A DNA stretch of 64,000 bases from positions 3,136,001-3,200,000 of the forward strand of contig OZ244070.1 in NCBI GenBank assembly GCA_965215605.1, read 5' to 3'. Shown here in pieces: positions 29,716 to 39,635 of the stretch. The translations under genes were made by a program, and so were the position numbers. Below the pieces are notes generated by a model. It was not told where the DNA came from. It did no database searches and saw only the letters and a list, made by a program, of their open reading frames with translations. Every line of letters begins with the position of its first letter. Position 1 is the stretch's first letter. This DNA comes from an uncultured Candidatus Binatia bacterium (lineage in GTDB: Bacteria; Desulfobacterota; Binatia; UBA9968; JAJDTQ01).

Positions 29716-30480
29716 ATGGAACAACAGGTCGCGTTCGGCAATGGCAGGGGCGGACATCTCGCGGGGGTTCTCCACCTGCCCGAGAGGGAGGCCAATTCCT
29801 TCGCTGTGATTCTGTGCCACGGCATGGAGTCGAGCAAGGAGAGCCTCAAGCTCCGGCACTTGGGCGAGTCCCTCAGCGGGGCCGGCTTTACGGTGCTGCG
29901 TTTCGACTTCACCGGCGCCGGCGAGTCCGCCGGCGAGTTCGAGTCCATCACCTGCACCCGGCAGGTGCAGGATCTCGAGGCCGCCCACGAACTGCTGAAA
30001 GACCGCGGGGCAGCGGAGGTGGCGGTCATCGGGTCCAGCATGGGAGGGACCACGGCGCTCATGTATGCGGGCGGAGCGGAAAACGTGGCGGCCGTGGTGA
30101 CCCTGGCGGCTCCCTTCGATCCACGGGCGCTCCTGGAGCGCGACTTCCCGCCCAAGGCCGTGGCGCTGTGGCGCGACCAGGGCTTCATGGAGTTCAACGG
30201 CCGCCGGCTTCAGACGGACTTCCTGGAGGAGGCCCTCGCCATCGACGTCGCCTCGGCGGCGGCGCGGATCGCCTGCCCGGTGCTGGTGATCCACGGCGGC
30301 GCGGATCCGACCGTGCCGGTTGCCCAGGCCGTGGCGCTCCACGACGCTCTGCCCGGCGAGACGGAGTTGTGCATCCTGCCGGGCGCAGACCACCGTTTCA
30401 CGCGTCAGGAAGACCGCGACACGGCCCTGAGCCGGACGGAAGCGTGGGTCGTTCGGTGCCTGACGAGGTCCGCGGCGTGA
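29716..30480 (+). CDS. Alpha/beta hydrolase
   Basis: CHG, RFDFTGAGES.G, GSSMGG nucleophile, HGGADPTVP and ADHRF motifs. Confidence 0.87.
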   Translation: MEQQVAFGNGRGGHLAGVLHLPEREANSFAVILCHGMESSKESLKLRHLGESLSGAGFTVLRFDFTGAGESAGEFESITCTRQVQDLEAAHELLKDRGAAEVAVIGSSMGGTTALMYAGGAENVAAVVTLAAPFDPRALLERDFPPKAVALWRDQGFMEFNGRRLQTDFLEEALAIDVASAAARIACPVLVIHGGADPTVPVAQAVALHDALPGETELCILPGADHRFTRQEDRDTALSRTEAWVVRCLTRSAA

Positions 30481-30875
30481 CCCGGCTCGGCGTGTTGTGC
30501 GCGGTCCTCCTGTTCCTGTCCGCCGGCTGCAAGGGGGAAGGCGACACCACGCCGCAGGGGGTGGCGGAGGCCTTCCTGGACTCGCACTACGTGGAGATCG
30601 ACCTGCCGGGGTCCCGGGAGTACACCGTGGGGCTGGCCCGGAGCAAGGTGGACGAGCAGCTCCGGCTGACCTCGGGGCACGCCATCGACGCGGGCACGCG
30701 CAAGCCTCGGGTCTACTATGAGCTGCTGGAACAGCGGGAGTCGGGCGGGCGTACAGCCTTCCTCTACCAACTCACCATCCGGTCGGAGGGTGCGGGCGAA
30801 TTCTCCCGCAAGCTGCTCATCCGGGTGCGCCGGGAAGAGGCGGGGTGGCGGGTGTCCAACTACATGGAATACTGA
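30477..30875 (+). CDS. Small lipoprotein of unknown function
   Basis: GTG overlaps the previous stop; signal peptide with lipobox LSAG-C. Confidence 0.7.
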   Translation: MTRLGVLCAVLLFLSAGCKGEGDTTPQGVAEAFLDSHYVEIDLPGSREYTVGLARSKVDEQLRLTSGHAIDAGTRKPRVYYELLEQRESGGRTAFLYQLTIRSEGAGEFSRKLLIRVRREEAGWRVSNYMEY

Positions 30876-30901
30876 CGCGTCAGTTGTTATGAATAGGTGC
30901 C

Positions 30902-32158
30902 ATGAATTTGAGTGAACAAGGGCCTCTGTCACCTTACCGTATCCTGGATCTGACCGATGAGCTGGGCTTTCTCTGCGGCAAGACGCTGGGCGACCTGGGC
31001 GCGGACGTCATCAAGGTGGAGCGTCCGGGAGGGGACGCCGCCCGGTCGATCGGTCCTTATCTCGACGGCGAGCGCGATCCGGAAAAGAGCCTTTACTGGT
31101 TCGCGTTCAACAACAACAAGCGCGGCGTCACCCTCGACCTCGAGGCCCCCGAGGGGCAGGCGCTGTTCAATCGACTCGTGGGGACGGCGGACTTCGTGCT
31201 GGAGACCTTCCGGCCGGGCTGGCTGGAGGCGATCGGCCTCGGCCACGACGTCATCCGGGCCGCCAATCCCGACACGGTGCTGGTATCCATCACGCCCTTC
31301 GGCCTCACCGGCCCCTACAGCCGTTACCGGGCCACGGACATCGAGATCATGGCCATGAGCGGCTGCATGTCGCTCACCGGCGACCCCGACAAGCCGCCCC
31401 TCCGGGTAAGCTTCCCCCAGTCCTATCAGTGGACCGGCTCCTACGCCGCCATGGCGGCGTTGGTGGCCCACACCCAGCGCCGGCGCACCGGGCGGGGCGA
31501 GCACGTGGACGTGTCGGCCCAGGCGTGCATGCTCTGGGGCTTCTCCCACGCCCATACGTTCTGGGATCTCAACCGGTCGGTGGAGAAGCGGGCCGGCTCC
31601 TTCATGACCGGGCGCACCATCACCGGCGCGAAGATGCGGGTATTCTGGCCCTGCAAGGACGGCTACCTGAACTTCATCATCTACGGCGGCGAGGCAGGCC
31701 GCAAGACCAACCAGGCGCTGGTGGAGTGGATGGCCGAGAAGGGTGAGGCCCCCGCGTTCCTGCTGGAGAAGGACTGGAGCACATTCAACATCGAGCAGGT
31801 GACCCAGGAAGAGATCGACGTCATGGAGGAACCCATCGCCGAGTTCTTCACCGGGGTCGCCAAGGCGGAGTTCTTCGAGGCGGTGACCGGCCGCGGCATG
31901 CTGGGCTATCCCGTGTCCACGGCCCAGGAGCTGCTGGCGGACCCGCAGCTCAAGGCCCGGGACTTCTGGCAGCAGGTCGAGCATCCCGAGCTCAACCGCT
32001 CCATCACCTACCCCGGCGGATTCGCCCGTTTCTCGGAGTTCCCTTGCCGGATTCGACGCCGGGCGCCGCTCATCGGCGAGCACAATCGGGAGGTTTACGG
32101 GGAACTGGGCCTGGACGCCGCCGAGCTGGCGCGGCTGGCGGACCAGGGCGTGATCTGA
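30902..32158 (+). CDS. Class III CoA-transferase (CaiB/BaiF), subunit apparently lacking the catalytic Asp
   Basis: RILDLT, LGDLGADVIKVERPGGD, NNNKRGVTLDL and APLIGEHN motifs. Confidence 0.92.
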   Translation: MNLSEQGPLSPYRILDLTDELGFLCGKTLGDLGADVIKVERPGGDAARSIGPYLDGERDPEKSLYWFAFNNNKRGVTLDLEAPEGQALFNRLVGTADFVLETFRPGWLEAIGLGHDVIRAANPDTVLVSITPFGLTGPYSRYRATDIEIMAMSGCMSLTGDPDKPPLRVSFPQSYQWTGSYAAMAALVAHTQRRRTGRGEHVDVSAQACMLWGFSHAHTFWDLNRSVEKRAGSFMTGRTITGAKMRVFWPCKDGYLNFIIYGGEAGRKTNQALVEWMAEKGEAPAFLLEKDWSTFNIEQVTQEEIDVMEEPIAEFFTGVAKAEFFEAVTGRGMLGYPVSTAQELLADPQLKARDFWQQVEHPELNRSITYPGGFARFSEFPCRIRRRAPLIGEHNREVYGELGLDAAELARLADQGVI

Positions 32159-32198
32159 CGGCGGGCGCGGTGAGCGGTTTCAAGGGAATGGAAGTGTC

Positions 32199-33413
32199 AT
32201 GAAAGCACTGGAAGGTCTCAAGGTCGTGGAGGCCGCCGCGTACGCGGCCGGACCGGTGGTGGGAAAGCATCTGGTGGACCAGGGGGCCACGGTGGTGCAC
32301 GTGGAGTCGCGGACACGTCCCGACGGTTTCCGCACCCACTATCCGCCCTACAAGGACAACATCCACGGACTCAACCGGTCGGGGCTGTTCGCTCTCTGCA
32401 ACAGCGAGAAGCTGGGCATCACCCTGAACCTCAAGAAGGGTCCGGAGGCCCTCGCCCTGGCCAAGCGCGTCGTGAGCTGGGCGGACGTTCTGGTGGAGAA
32501 CTTCAGCCCCGGCACCATCGGCCGGTTGGGGCTGGGATACGAGACCCTGAGCGAGATCAACCCGCGGCTCATCATGTTGAGCAGCTCCAACCTCGGCCAG
32601 ACCGGGCCCCACGCCCACCATCCCGGCTTCGGCTCCCAGCTTTCCTCGCTGGCGGGCTTCACCAATCTCACCGGGTACCGGGACGGCTCGCCCCAGATCC
32701 TCTACGGCCCGTACATCGACTACATTGCCGTGGGCTACGGCGTGGTGGCGGTGCTGGCGGCGCTGGAGTACCGGGAGGCCACCGGCCGAGGACAGCATAT
32801 CGACCTGGCGCAGTACGAAACCGGGCTCCAGTACCTCGCGCCGCTGCTGCTGGACTACAGCCTGAACGGGCACATCGCGGAGCGCGACGGCAATCGCCAT
32901 CCGGAGGCGTCGCCCCACGGAGCGTTCCCTTGCGCCGGCGACGACAACTGGTGCGTCCTCAGCGTGGCTACGGACGATCAGTGGCGGGCGCTGTGCCAGG
33001 CCATGGACCGCCCGGACTGGGGCGGCCGGGACGAGTACGCCACCGCCGGGCGGCGGCGATCACGGGCGGACGAGCTGGAAGCCCGCATCGGCGAGTGGAC
33101 CCGCCAGTTCGAGGCCCGGGAACTGGTGGAGAAGCTCCAGGCCGCCGGCGTTCCGTCCGGCGTGGTCAACGGCATGGAGCATGTCTACGACGACCCGCAA
33201 CTCGTGCACCGGGGCCAATGGAACCGCATGGACCACCCCGAGATCGGCGCCATGTCGTACCAGCGCGCACCCTACACCCTGTCCGAAAGCGACGGCGGCC
33301 CCGATCGCCGGGACCCCCTGCTGGGCGAACACAACGAATACTTCTACCGGGAACTGCTGGGGCTCTCGGAGGAAGAGTTCGAGACCTTCAGACAAGCGGA
33401 AATCATTGACTAG
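32199..33413 (+). CDS. Class III CoA-transferase (CaiB/BaiF), catalytic-type subunit
   Basis: AAGP, ADVLVENFSPG, PYIDY (catalytic Asp position) and PLLGEHN motifs. Confidence 0.92.
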   Translation: MKALEGLKVVEAAAYAAGPVVGKHLVDQGATVVHVESRTRPDGFRTHYPPYKDNIHGLNRSGLFALCNSEKLGITLNLKKGPEALALAKRVVSWADVLVENFSPGTIGRLGLGYETLSEINPRLIMLSSSNLGQTGPHAHHPGFGSQLSSLAGFTNLTGYRDGSPQILYGPYIDYIAVGYGVVAVLAALEYREATGRGQHIDLAQYETGLQYLAPLLLDYSLNGHIAERDGNRHPEASPHGAFPCAGDDNWCVLSVATDDQWRALCQAMDRPDWGGRDEYATAGRRRSRADELEARIGEWTRQFEARELVEKLQAAGVPSGVVNGMEHVYDDPQLVHRGQWNRMDHPEIGAMSYQRAPYTLSESDGGPDRRDPLLGEHNEYFYRELLGLSEEEFETFRQAEIID

Positions 33414-33873
33414 TCTGTTCGAGTTGAGCGAAGCGGCCTTTGCCGCCGTCACCGCGCACGCCCTGGAGACGTATCCCGAAGAGTGTTGTGGAGTCATCCT
33501 CGGCGGCGACGAGGTCCACCGGCTCGACAACATCCAGAACCGGCTGCACGCCGCCGATCCCGAGACCTTTCCCAGGGACGCCAGCATTGCCTACACTATG
33601 GACCCGAAGGAGCTGGAGGCTGTTCTGGAGCAGGCCGAGAGCAGGGGTCGAGCCTTCAAGGCCCTCTACCACTCCCACCCGGACCACGACGCCTACTTCT
33701 CCGCCGAGGACAAGGCCTTCGCCACGCCATTCGGCGAGCCCACCTACCCCGACACGGCCCAGATCGTCATTTCGGTCATGAACGGCGACGTCGGCCGGGT
33801 GGCGGTCTACGCGTGGAGTGCCGACGTCGAAGACTACGCCGAAGTCGCTCTCAAGAGGGTGCCGGGCCGTTGA
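33406..33873 (+). CDS. Mov34/JAB (M67) metallopeptidase, Mec-like
   Basis: HALETYPEECCG and YHSHPDHDAYFSAED (JAMM motif); TTG start overlapping the upstream gene. Confidence 0.87.
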   Translation: MTSLFELSEAAFAAVTAHALETYPEECCGVILGGDEVHRLDNIQNRLHAADPETFPRDASIAYTMDPKELEAVLEQAESRGRAFKALYHSHPDHDAYFSAEDKAFATPFGEPTYPDTAQIVISVMNGDVGRVAVYAWSADVEDYAEVALKRVPGR

Positions 33874-34727
33874 CGCCGGAGCATCACAGCGTCGACGTCC
33901 GCGGTCTTCCGATCCACTGGGTGGAGTGGGGCGAGCCGGGTGCCCAACCCGTCATTCTCGTCCACGGGTTCCGTGACCATTGCCGGACCTGGGACTTCGT
34001 CGTCGCCGAGTTGCTGGCGAGTCGCCCGGAGCTGTGGATCGTGGCGCCGGACTGCCGGGGCCACGGCGACAGCGGCTGGGTCGGCGCCGGCGGCTACTAC
34101 CACTTCTTCGACTATCTGCTCGACCTCGATTTCCTCGTCCGCCATCTGGACGCCCCCGTCGTGAGGCTGGTGGGTCACTCCATGGGCGGCACCATTGCCT
34201 GTTTGTACGCCGGCACGCGTCCCGAGCGCGTCTCCCGGCTCGCGCTGGTGGAAGGGCTGGGGCCGCCCGGGATGTCGTTCGCCGATGCGCCCCGGCGGGC
34301 CGAGCGGTGGCTGGAGGAGATACCGGCGGTGGGGGAGGGCGCGGGCTACCGCACCCTGGAGGAGGCCGCGGATCGTCTGCGGCGCGGCTATCCCGGATTG
34401 ACCGAGGAGCGGGCGCATCACCTGGCCTGCCACGGCATGCGCCGGATCGAGGCGGGCGGATGGCGATGGAAGTTCGATCCGCTCCACCGGACCACCTCGC
34501 CGCAACCGTTCTACCCGGCGCAGTTCCGCGAGTTCCTGCGCCGCATTATCTGTCCGACACTGGCGATTCAGGGCGCGGAGAGCGAGCACCGCGCGCGGGG
34601 CGATATACAGACGCGCCACGGCTGGCTGCCCGGCGCCGACCTTGTCACCTTGCCCGGCGCCGGGCACATGGTCCACCAGGACAACCCCGAGGCCCTGGCC
34701 CGGACCCTGGCGCCGTTTCTCGACTGA
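33870..34727 (+). CDS. Alpha/beta fold hydrolase
   Basis: VHGF, PDCRGHGDS, GHSMGG and AGHMVH motifs. Confidence 0.88.
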   Translation: MTPEHHSVDVRGLPIHWVEWGEPGAQPVILVHGFRDHCRTWDFVVAELLASRPELWIVAPDCRGHGDSGWVGAGGYYHFFDYLLDLDFLVRHLDAPVVRLVGHSMGGTIACLYAGTRPERVSRLALVEGLGPPGMSFADAPRRAERWLEEIPAVGEGAGYRTLEEAADRLRRGYPGLTEERAHHLACHGMRRIEAGGWRWKFDPLHRTTSPQPFYPAQFREFLRRIICPTLAIQGAESEHRARGDIQTRHGWLPGADLVTLPGAGHMVHQDNPEALARTLAPFLD

Positions 34728-34817
34728 ACGAGCGGGTATCCGGCACCCGGAATCCGCCGGACCCAGATTTGAATTGCCGACCCGATGCTGTTACCGTGCC
34801 AGCCAGGGAGAGCGTTT

Positions 34818-35102
34818 GTGCGGAACGACGTGAGACTATTCCTGAGGGCGGGAGAGCAGGTCAAGCACAACCGCTACCTTCAGTGGGGTGTCGGGATTGT
34901 GGAGGAGATCATGACCTCCAACGTCCCCGGCGGCACCTGCCTCGCGCGGATTCGTTTCCAGGACGGCCGGCTCCGCGTCTTCCACAACGACCTCGACAAC
35001 CAGAGCTGCTGCTACTACTTCGGCATCCGCCACTACGATGACCCCGGCCACAAAAGCGTCCGCCGCCAGCTCCTGGCGTATCTCGATTCCGAGGACTGCT
35101 GA
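34818..35102 (+). CDS. Small DUF3553-like (SH3/Tudor-like) protein
   Basis: LRAGEQVKH...WGVGIV..IRFQDG pattern; the start is uncertain. Confidence 0.55.
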   Translation: MRNDVRLFLRAGEQVKHNRYLQWGVGIVEEIMTSNVPGGTCLARIRFQDGRLRVFHNDLDNQSCCYYFGIRHYDDPGHKSVRRQLLAYLDSEDC

Positions 35103-35165
35103 TAGAAAGTCGGGAGTCATTGCTGTCCCGCAAACATCAGGACCGCGTTTCCCCTCAACTCTCGT

Positions 35166-36395
35166 TCATCGCTGCGGCGCGTACCAGCTTGCGAGCCCTT
35201 TCTGCAACCGGGCGCCGAGCTCTTCGGCGGTCGCCGCCCCGGTGATCGCTTCCACCGATGCATCCCAGGTCTCCTGTTCCAGATTCGGCGTACCCCGCGA
35301 CAGGAACCGGGACGTGGAACGGATGGTCGAACGGCAATCGCTACGCCAAGACAGAAACGTGCGGGCCAGCGGGTCCTCTATCTTCACGGGATGATCCGAC
35401 AGCGGGTAGAATCCAGGCAGCGCATTGGCGTAGAGCGAAGCGAACTCGGCCGAGCTGACCCAGTTCAGGAAGGCTCGCGCCGCATCCGCATTCGGGCTGG
35501 CAGCGTTCAGACCGATGGCGGTGTCGATGTGGTCGGAAATATGACAGTCGTCACCGGCCTCCCACACGGGCGGCCTGAAAGCGCCAATGCCGAACCCGGC
35601 GCGAGAGCGGAAGCCGGCGATCTCCCAACTCCCGGCGGGATAGACAACCGCGCGGCCTCGGGTGAAGAGGTCCTGGCTGTCCCGGTAGCTGCGCGTCTCA
35701 TACCCGTCTCCCAGGTAACGGCGCCACCGGGCCAGAGTCCGGTAGGGGGCAACCCAGGGCTCGTCGGTCAGCTTCTGCCGGCCGGCGACCAGGGCGCGAC
35801 GGCCTTCCTCGCCCTTCCAGTAGGTCGGTCCGATATTGTTGTAGCCCATGGTCGCGGCTTCCCATCGGTCGCGGACGCCCATGGCCATCGGGACCCAGGC
35901 GCCGTCTTCCCGGATTCTTTCAAGGACCGCGAAAAACACCGCTTCCGTTTCAGGTGGATCGAGACCGAGTTTACCGAACGCGTCCCGGTTGTAGAGAAAC
36001 CCGTGGATCACGGATGCCACCGGCACGCAGAAGGTCGCCGACCCGTCATCCGTCTGCCAGGCTGATTTTGCCGCACTCGAGAAACCGGCCAAACCAGGCA
36101 GATCGTCGAGGTCGGCGAGGCGTCCGGCTTCGTACAGGGCCAAGGACGCGTCGAACGGACGACACGTGATCAGGTCGCCCGCGGCGCCCGCCGCAAGCCG
36201 GGCGTTCAAGGCCGCATCATAGTCGGCGGGCGCCGTCGGCCTGAACCGCACCGCTATTTCCGGGTGAGATGCCTCGAAGGCCGGTATCAACTTCTCCTCC
36301 CAGATGGTGCGGTCGTCCTCTCTCCAGCTTTCGAGGACGAGGCTTGTCCGGGCGAATGCCCCGCCTTGCGCGAGCAGGACCAACAGGACGAACAA
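35166..36395 (-). CDS. Sugar-type ABC transporter substrate-binding protein (orphan)
   Basis: ESWR..D..W..KLIPAFEASHP, AGDLITCRPF, VPVASVIHG.YN and GSWEI motifs. The 5' end lacks a good start codon. Confidence 0.8.
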   Translation of the reverse strand: MFVLLVLLAQGGAFARTSLVLESWREDDRTIWEEKLIPAFEASHPEIAVRFRPTAPADYDAALNARLAAGAAGDLITCRPFDASLALYEAGRLADLDDLPGLAGFSSAAKSAWQTDDGSATFCVPVASVIHGFLYNRDAFGKLGLDPPETEAVFFAVLERIREDGAWVPMAMGVRDRWEAATMGYNNIGPTYWKGEEGRRALVAGRQKLTDEPWVAPYRTLARWRRYLGDGYETRSYRDSQDLFTRGRAVVYPAGSWEIAGFRSRAGFGIGAFRPPVWEAGDDCHISDHIDTAIGLNAASPNADAARAFLNWVSSAEFASLYANALPGFYPLSDHPVKIEDPLARTFLSWRSDCRSTIRSTSRFLSRGTPNLEQETWDASVEAITGAATAEELGARLQKGLASWYAPQR

Positions 36396-36543
36396 GAGAC
36401 CAGAAGACTTTATCCCGATTCCCCTGTTCCGCGCGGCACCCTGACGGGAGCCAGCCCCCGACGGCGGCCATCAGCCGCCTGGAGGAAGCGGACTTGGCAA
36501 TGGCACGCGGTGCCTGGCAAGTCCCGCCCGTTGAGTGGTACGG

Positions 36544-37272
36544 CTAGGCCGACAGCTTGGCCTTGTAGAAATCCACCGTGCGTTGCCAAGCGTCGGCGGC
36601 GGCTTCGGGGTGCCAGCGGTCGGCGTTGGTGTTGTTGTTGAAGGCGTGCCTGGCGCCGTCGCCGTAGATCTTGAGGTCGATGGTCTTGCCGGCCTTGGCC
36701 AGCGCCTCTTCAAGGGGCTCGATGCCGGGCATGATGTTGGGATCGTCCTCGGCATAGTTGCCCATGAGCGGGCAGGTGATGTTGGCCACCCGATCCAGCG
36801 GATCGGGGTTGCGGCCGTAGTACACCACCGCGGCGTCGATCTGGTTGCACTTGGTGGCGAAGTTCAGCGACTGGCCGCCGCCCCAGCAGTAGCCGACGAC
36901 GCCCACCTTGCCGTTGGCGAAGCCCTGGCTCTTGAGGTAGTCCACCGCGCGGGTCAGGTCTTCCACGCAACCGGCCGGGTCCAGGCTGCGGATGGCGGCG
37001 ATGGCGTCCTGCGGGGTCTGGTACTGCGCGGTGCCGCCGGTGCGCTGGAGCATGTCCGGAGCCAGTGCCGCAAAGCCTTCCTTGGCGAAGTGCCTGGCCA
37101 CGTCCTTGATGTGGTCCACCAGCCCGACGTTCTCGTGAATGACGACGACCGAGCCGAGGTCGGCGCCGTCCCTGGGCCGCGACAGATAGCCCGTGCAACT
37201 CCCGTATTCCACCATTCCCGATTCGAGCTCGGGATCGTTCTCGTCGACGAGACAGGGTATGGTATCCGCCAT
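36544..37272 (-). CDS. Dienelactone hydrolase family protein
   Basis: VVIHENVGL, GYCWGGG, YYG and ARHAF motifs; GAGGAGG RBS. Confidence 0.9.
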   Translation of the reverse strand: MADTIPCLVDENDPELESGMVEYGSCTGYLSRPRDGADLGSVVVIHENVGLVDHIKDVARHFAKEGFAALAPDMLQRTGGTAQYQTPQDAIAAIRSLDPAGCVEDLTRAVDYLKSQGFANGKVGVVGYCWGGGQSLNFATKCNQIDAAVVYYGRNPDPLDRVANITCPLMGNYAEDDPNIMPGIEPLEEALAKAGKTIDLKIYGDGARHAFNNNTNADRWHPEAAADAWQRTVDFYKAKLSA

Positions 37273-37342
37273 ATTCGCAAACCTCCTCGTTGCCGGTTCC
37301 GGTTTCTCCAATCACCCGGATCGAACGCAGGCGCTCCACTCG

Positions 37343-39550
37343 CTACGCCGCAGCCAAACGCGACCCGCGCCTCCTCTTCTGGAACAGGTACAGCGCCGCA
37401 AACACGACCCACGCGCCGAACTGCACGGTCATGCGCAGGGAATCGGTGTCGCCCACCAGAAGGGCGGGGCGGAAGGCGGCGATGCAGATGGCTGCCAGCA
37501 GGACCCGTTCGGGCCAGCCGCACCGGTCGGCGAAGAATCCCTGCATGGCGGCGGCAAAGGCCATCATGGCCACCAGGCCGTTCAGTATCACCCAGACAAC
37601 CGAGAACATGTCGTCCAGCCAGATGATGGACTTGTCGGGCGCCACGCCGGCGATCAGCAGCAGCTCCAGGTTGAAGATGAAAACGAACGGCAGGATCGCG
37701 GTGCGCAGGTCGTAGGTAAACCCCTGGATGCCGGTCTTGATGGGGTCCGACCCGGCGATGGCTGCTGCCGCGAACGCTGCCAGGCCCACCGGCGGCGTGT
37801 CATCGGCCAGAATCCCGAAGTAGAAGACGAACAGATGGGCCGCCAGCACCGGGATCACGAGTCCCGCCTCCGCGCCCAGGGTGACGATCACCGGTGCGGT
37901 CAGGGTGGCCATGACGATGTAGTTGGCGGTTGTGGGGAGGCCCATGCCCAGGACCAGGCTGGTGAGAGCGGTCAGCAGCAGCATGAGCACGACGTTGCCC
38001 AGCGAGATGATCTCGATGGCCTCGATGAACCGGCTGCTGAGGCCGGTCAGGGTGACCGTGCCCACGATGATGCCGGCGGCCGCGGTGGCCACGGCGATGG
38101 GCGCCATGTTCCGGGCGCCGGACACGCAGCCTTGCAGGATCTCGCGGATGCTCAGGGCCAGACCCTGCATGACCGCCTGTCCGAGCGAGCCAGCCGCGGG
38201 GTTGTCCGGCGAGGGTCGAAGCACCGCCGCGCAGCTCTGCCCGACCCGCTGGATGACCATGATGGCCAGGGTCAGCAGAATGGCGTTGAAAGCCGCGGAG
38301 ATCGCGGAGAAACGCAGAATGACCAGCGTGTAGAGCAGCGCCAGAATCGGGATCAGGAAGTGAACGCCCTTGAGGAACGTGGGCCAGAATCGCGGCAACT
38401 CTTCATCCGGGATCGCGATCAGATCCAGTTTGAGCGCTTCCAGGTGCACGACGTAGAGCAGGGCGATATAGGAAAGCACCGCTGGAATGGCCGCCGCGGT
38501 GACGACGTCGATGTACGGAAGCCCGAGAAACTCGGCCATGATGAAGGCGGCCGCGCCCATGACGGGCGGCAGGAGTTGCCCGTTGGTGCTGGCGCCCACC
38601 TCCACCGCCCCGGCCTTGTAGGCCGGGAGCCCCACCCGCTTCATGAGCGGGATGGTGAAGGTCCCGGTGGTGGCGACGTTGGCGATGGACGAGCCGGACA
38701 CCATGCCGGTCAGTCCGGACGCCAGCACCGCGGCCTTGGCGGGGCCGCCGCGGAAACGGCCAAGCATCGCGTAGGCCACCTGGACGAAGTACTCCGCCGC
38801 CCCGGCCCGGTCCAGCAACGCGCCGAACAGGACGAAGAGAAAGACGAAGTCCGTCGACACCCCCAGCGGCACGCCCCAGATGCCGCTGTCGGACAGGTAC
38901 ATGTGGTCCACGATGAAATCGAGGGGGATGCCGGGGTGTGCCAGGAACCTCGGCAAGTACGGGCCAACGAAGCAGTACAGCAGAAAGACCGTGGCCAGCG
39001 CCGGAAGCGCCAGTCCCAGGGAGCGGCGAGCCGACTCCAGCAGCAGAAGGATGAACGCCGCGCCGATGTATACGTCCCGGGCCAGGGGGAGGCCGGAACG
39101 CTGTATGATCCCCACGTAGTCCCAAGCCAGGTAGCCCGTGCCGCAGGCGGCCAGGGCGGCAATGACGAAGTCGTACCAGGGTATCTTGACCGGATCCCGC
39201 TTGCGCCGTCCCGGGAACAACTGCTGCATCAGCGCGTGGAAGCGCTCCAGCGTCGCGACCCGCCGTATGGCCGGGAAAGAGAGATAGACCAGCAATACGG
39301 CGAAGGTCAGATGGATGCTGCGGGCGATGATGGAGTTGATGGGATGGTAGGCGATGTTGAGTTGGAAGAGGGACCAGCAAAGCGCCAGGAGCCAGAGGAA
39401 ACCACCGATCGGGCCGCCGGGGGACCGGGTCTTGCCCTCGCCCTCGCCGAGTTCGGCCAACGCTTCGAGGTCAACGGATTCGCCGGCCGGCCCGTTGCTG
39501 TCGGAGGATGAATTCACGGGCGCGTCTGCCTGATGGGCTGTGCCATGCAA
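37343..39550 (-). CDS. TRAP transporter 4TM/12TM fused permease (TAXI-type)
   Basis: GGPAKAAV, SGSSIANV..GTFTIP, ASTNGQLLPPVMGAAAF, LGMGLPTTANY and ADDTPPVGLA motifs. Confidence 0.93.
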   Translation of the reverse strand: MHGTAHQADAPVNSSSDSNGPAGESVDLEALAELGEGEGKTRSPGGPIGGFLWLLALCWSLFQLNIAYHPINSIIARSIHLTFAVLLVYLSFPAIRRVATLERFHALMQQLFPGRRKRDPVKIPWYDFVIAALAACGTGYLAWDYVGIIQRSGLPLARDVYIGAAFILLLLESARRSLGLALPALATVFLLYCFVGPYLPRFLAHPGIPLDFIVDHMYLSDSGIWGVPLGVSTDFVFLFVLFGALLDRAGAAEYFVQVAYAMLGRFRGGPAKAAVLASGLTGMVSGSSIANVATTGTFTIPLMKRVGLPAYKAGAVEVGASTNGQLLPPVMGAAAFIMAEFLGLPYIDVVTAAAIPAVLSYIALLYVVHLEALKLDLIAIPDEELPRFWPTFLKGVHFLIPILALLYTLVILRFSAISAAFNAILLTLAIMVIQRVGQSCAAVLRPSPDNPAAGSLGQAVMQGLALSIREILQGCVSGARNMAPIAVATAAAGIIVGTVTLTGLSSRFIEAIEIISLGNVVLMLLLTALTSLVLGMGLPTTANYIVMATLTAPVIVTLGAEAGLVIPVLAAHLFVFYFGILADDTPPVGLAAFAAAAIAGSDPIKTGIQGFTYDLRTAILPFVFIFNLELLLIAGVAPDKSIIWLDDMFSVVWVILNGLVAMMAFAAAMQGFFADRCGWPERVLLAAICIAAFRPALLVGDTDSLRMTVQFGAWVVFAALYLFQKRRRGSRLAAA

Positions 39551-39635
39551 ATCTCCATCGGATGAATCGGCTCGGGACAGGACTTCGTTCCGCCGGCCCC
39601 GAGCCGGTTCTCATGTCGACAAAGGGTATGACGGG

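Noticed and set aside
33406-33873. JAB peptidase as a sign of a CBASS or ubiquitin-like defence system
   Set aside because: No CD-NTase, E1/E2 or ubiquitin-like gene is nearby, and the sequence looks like a housekeeping Mec-type sulfur-carrier peptidase.
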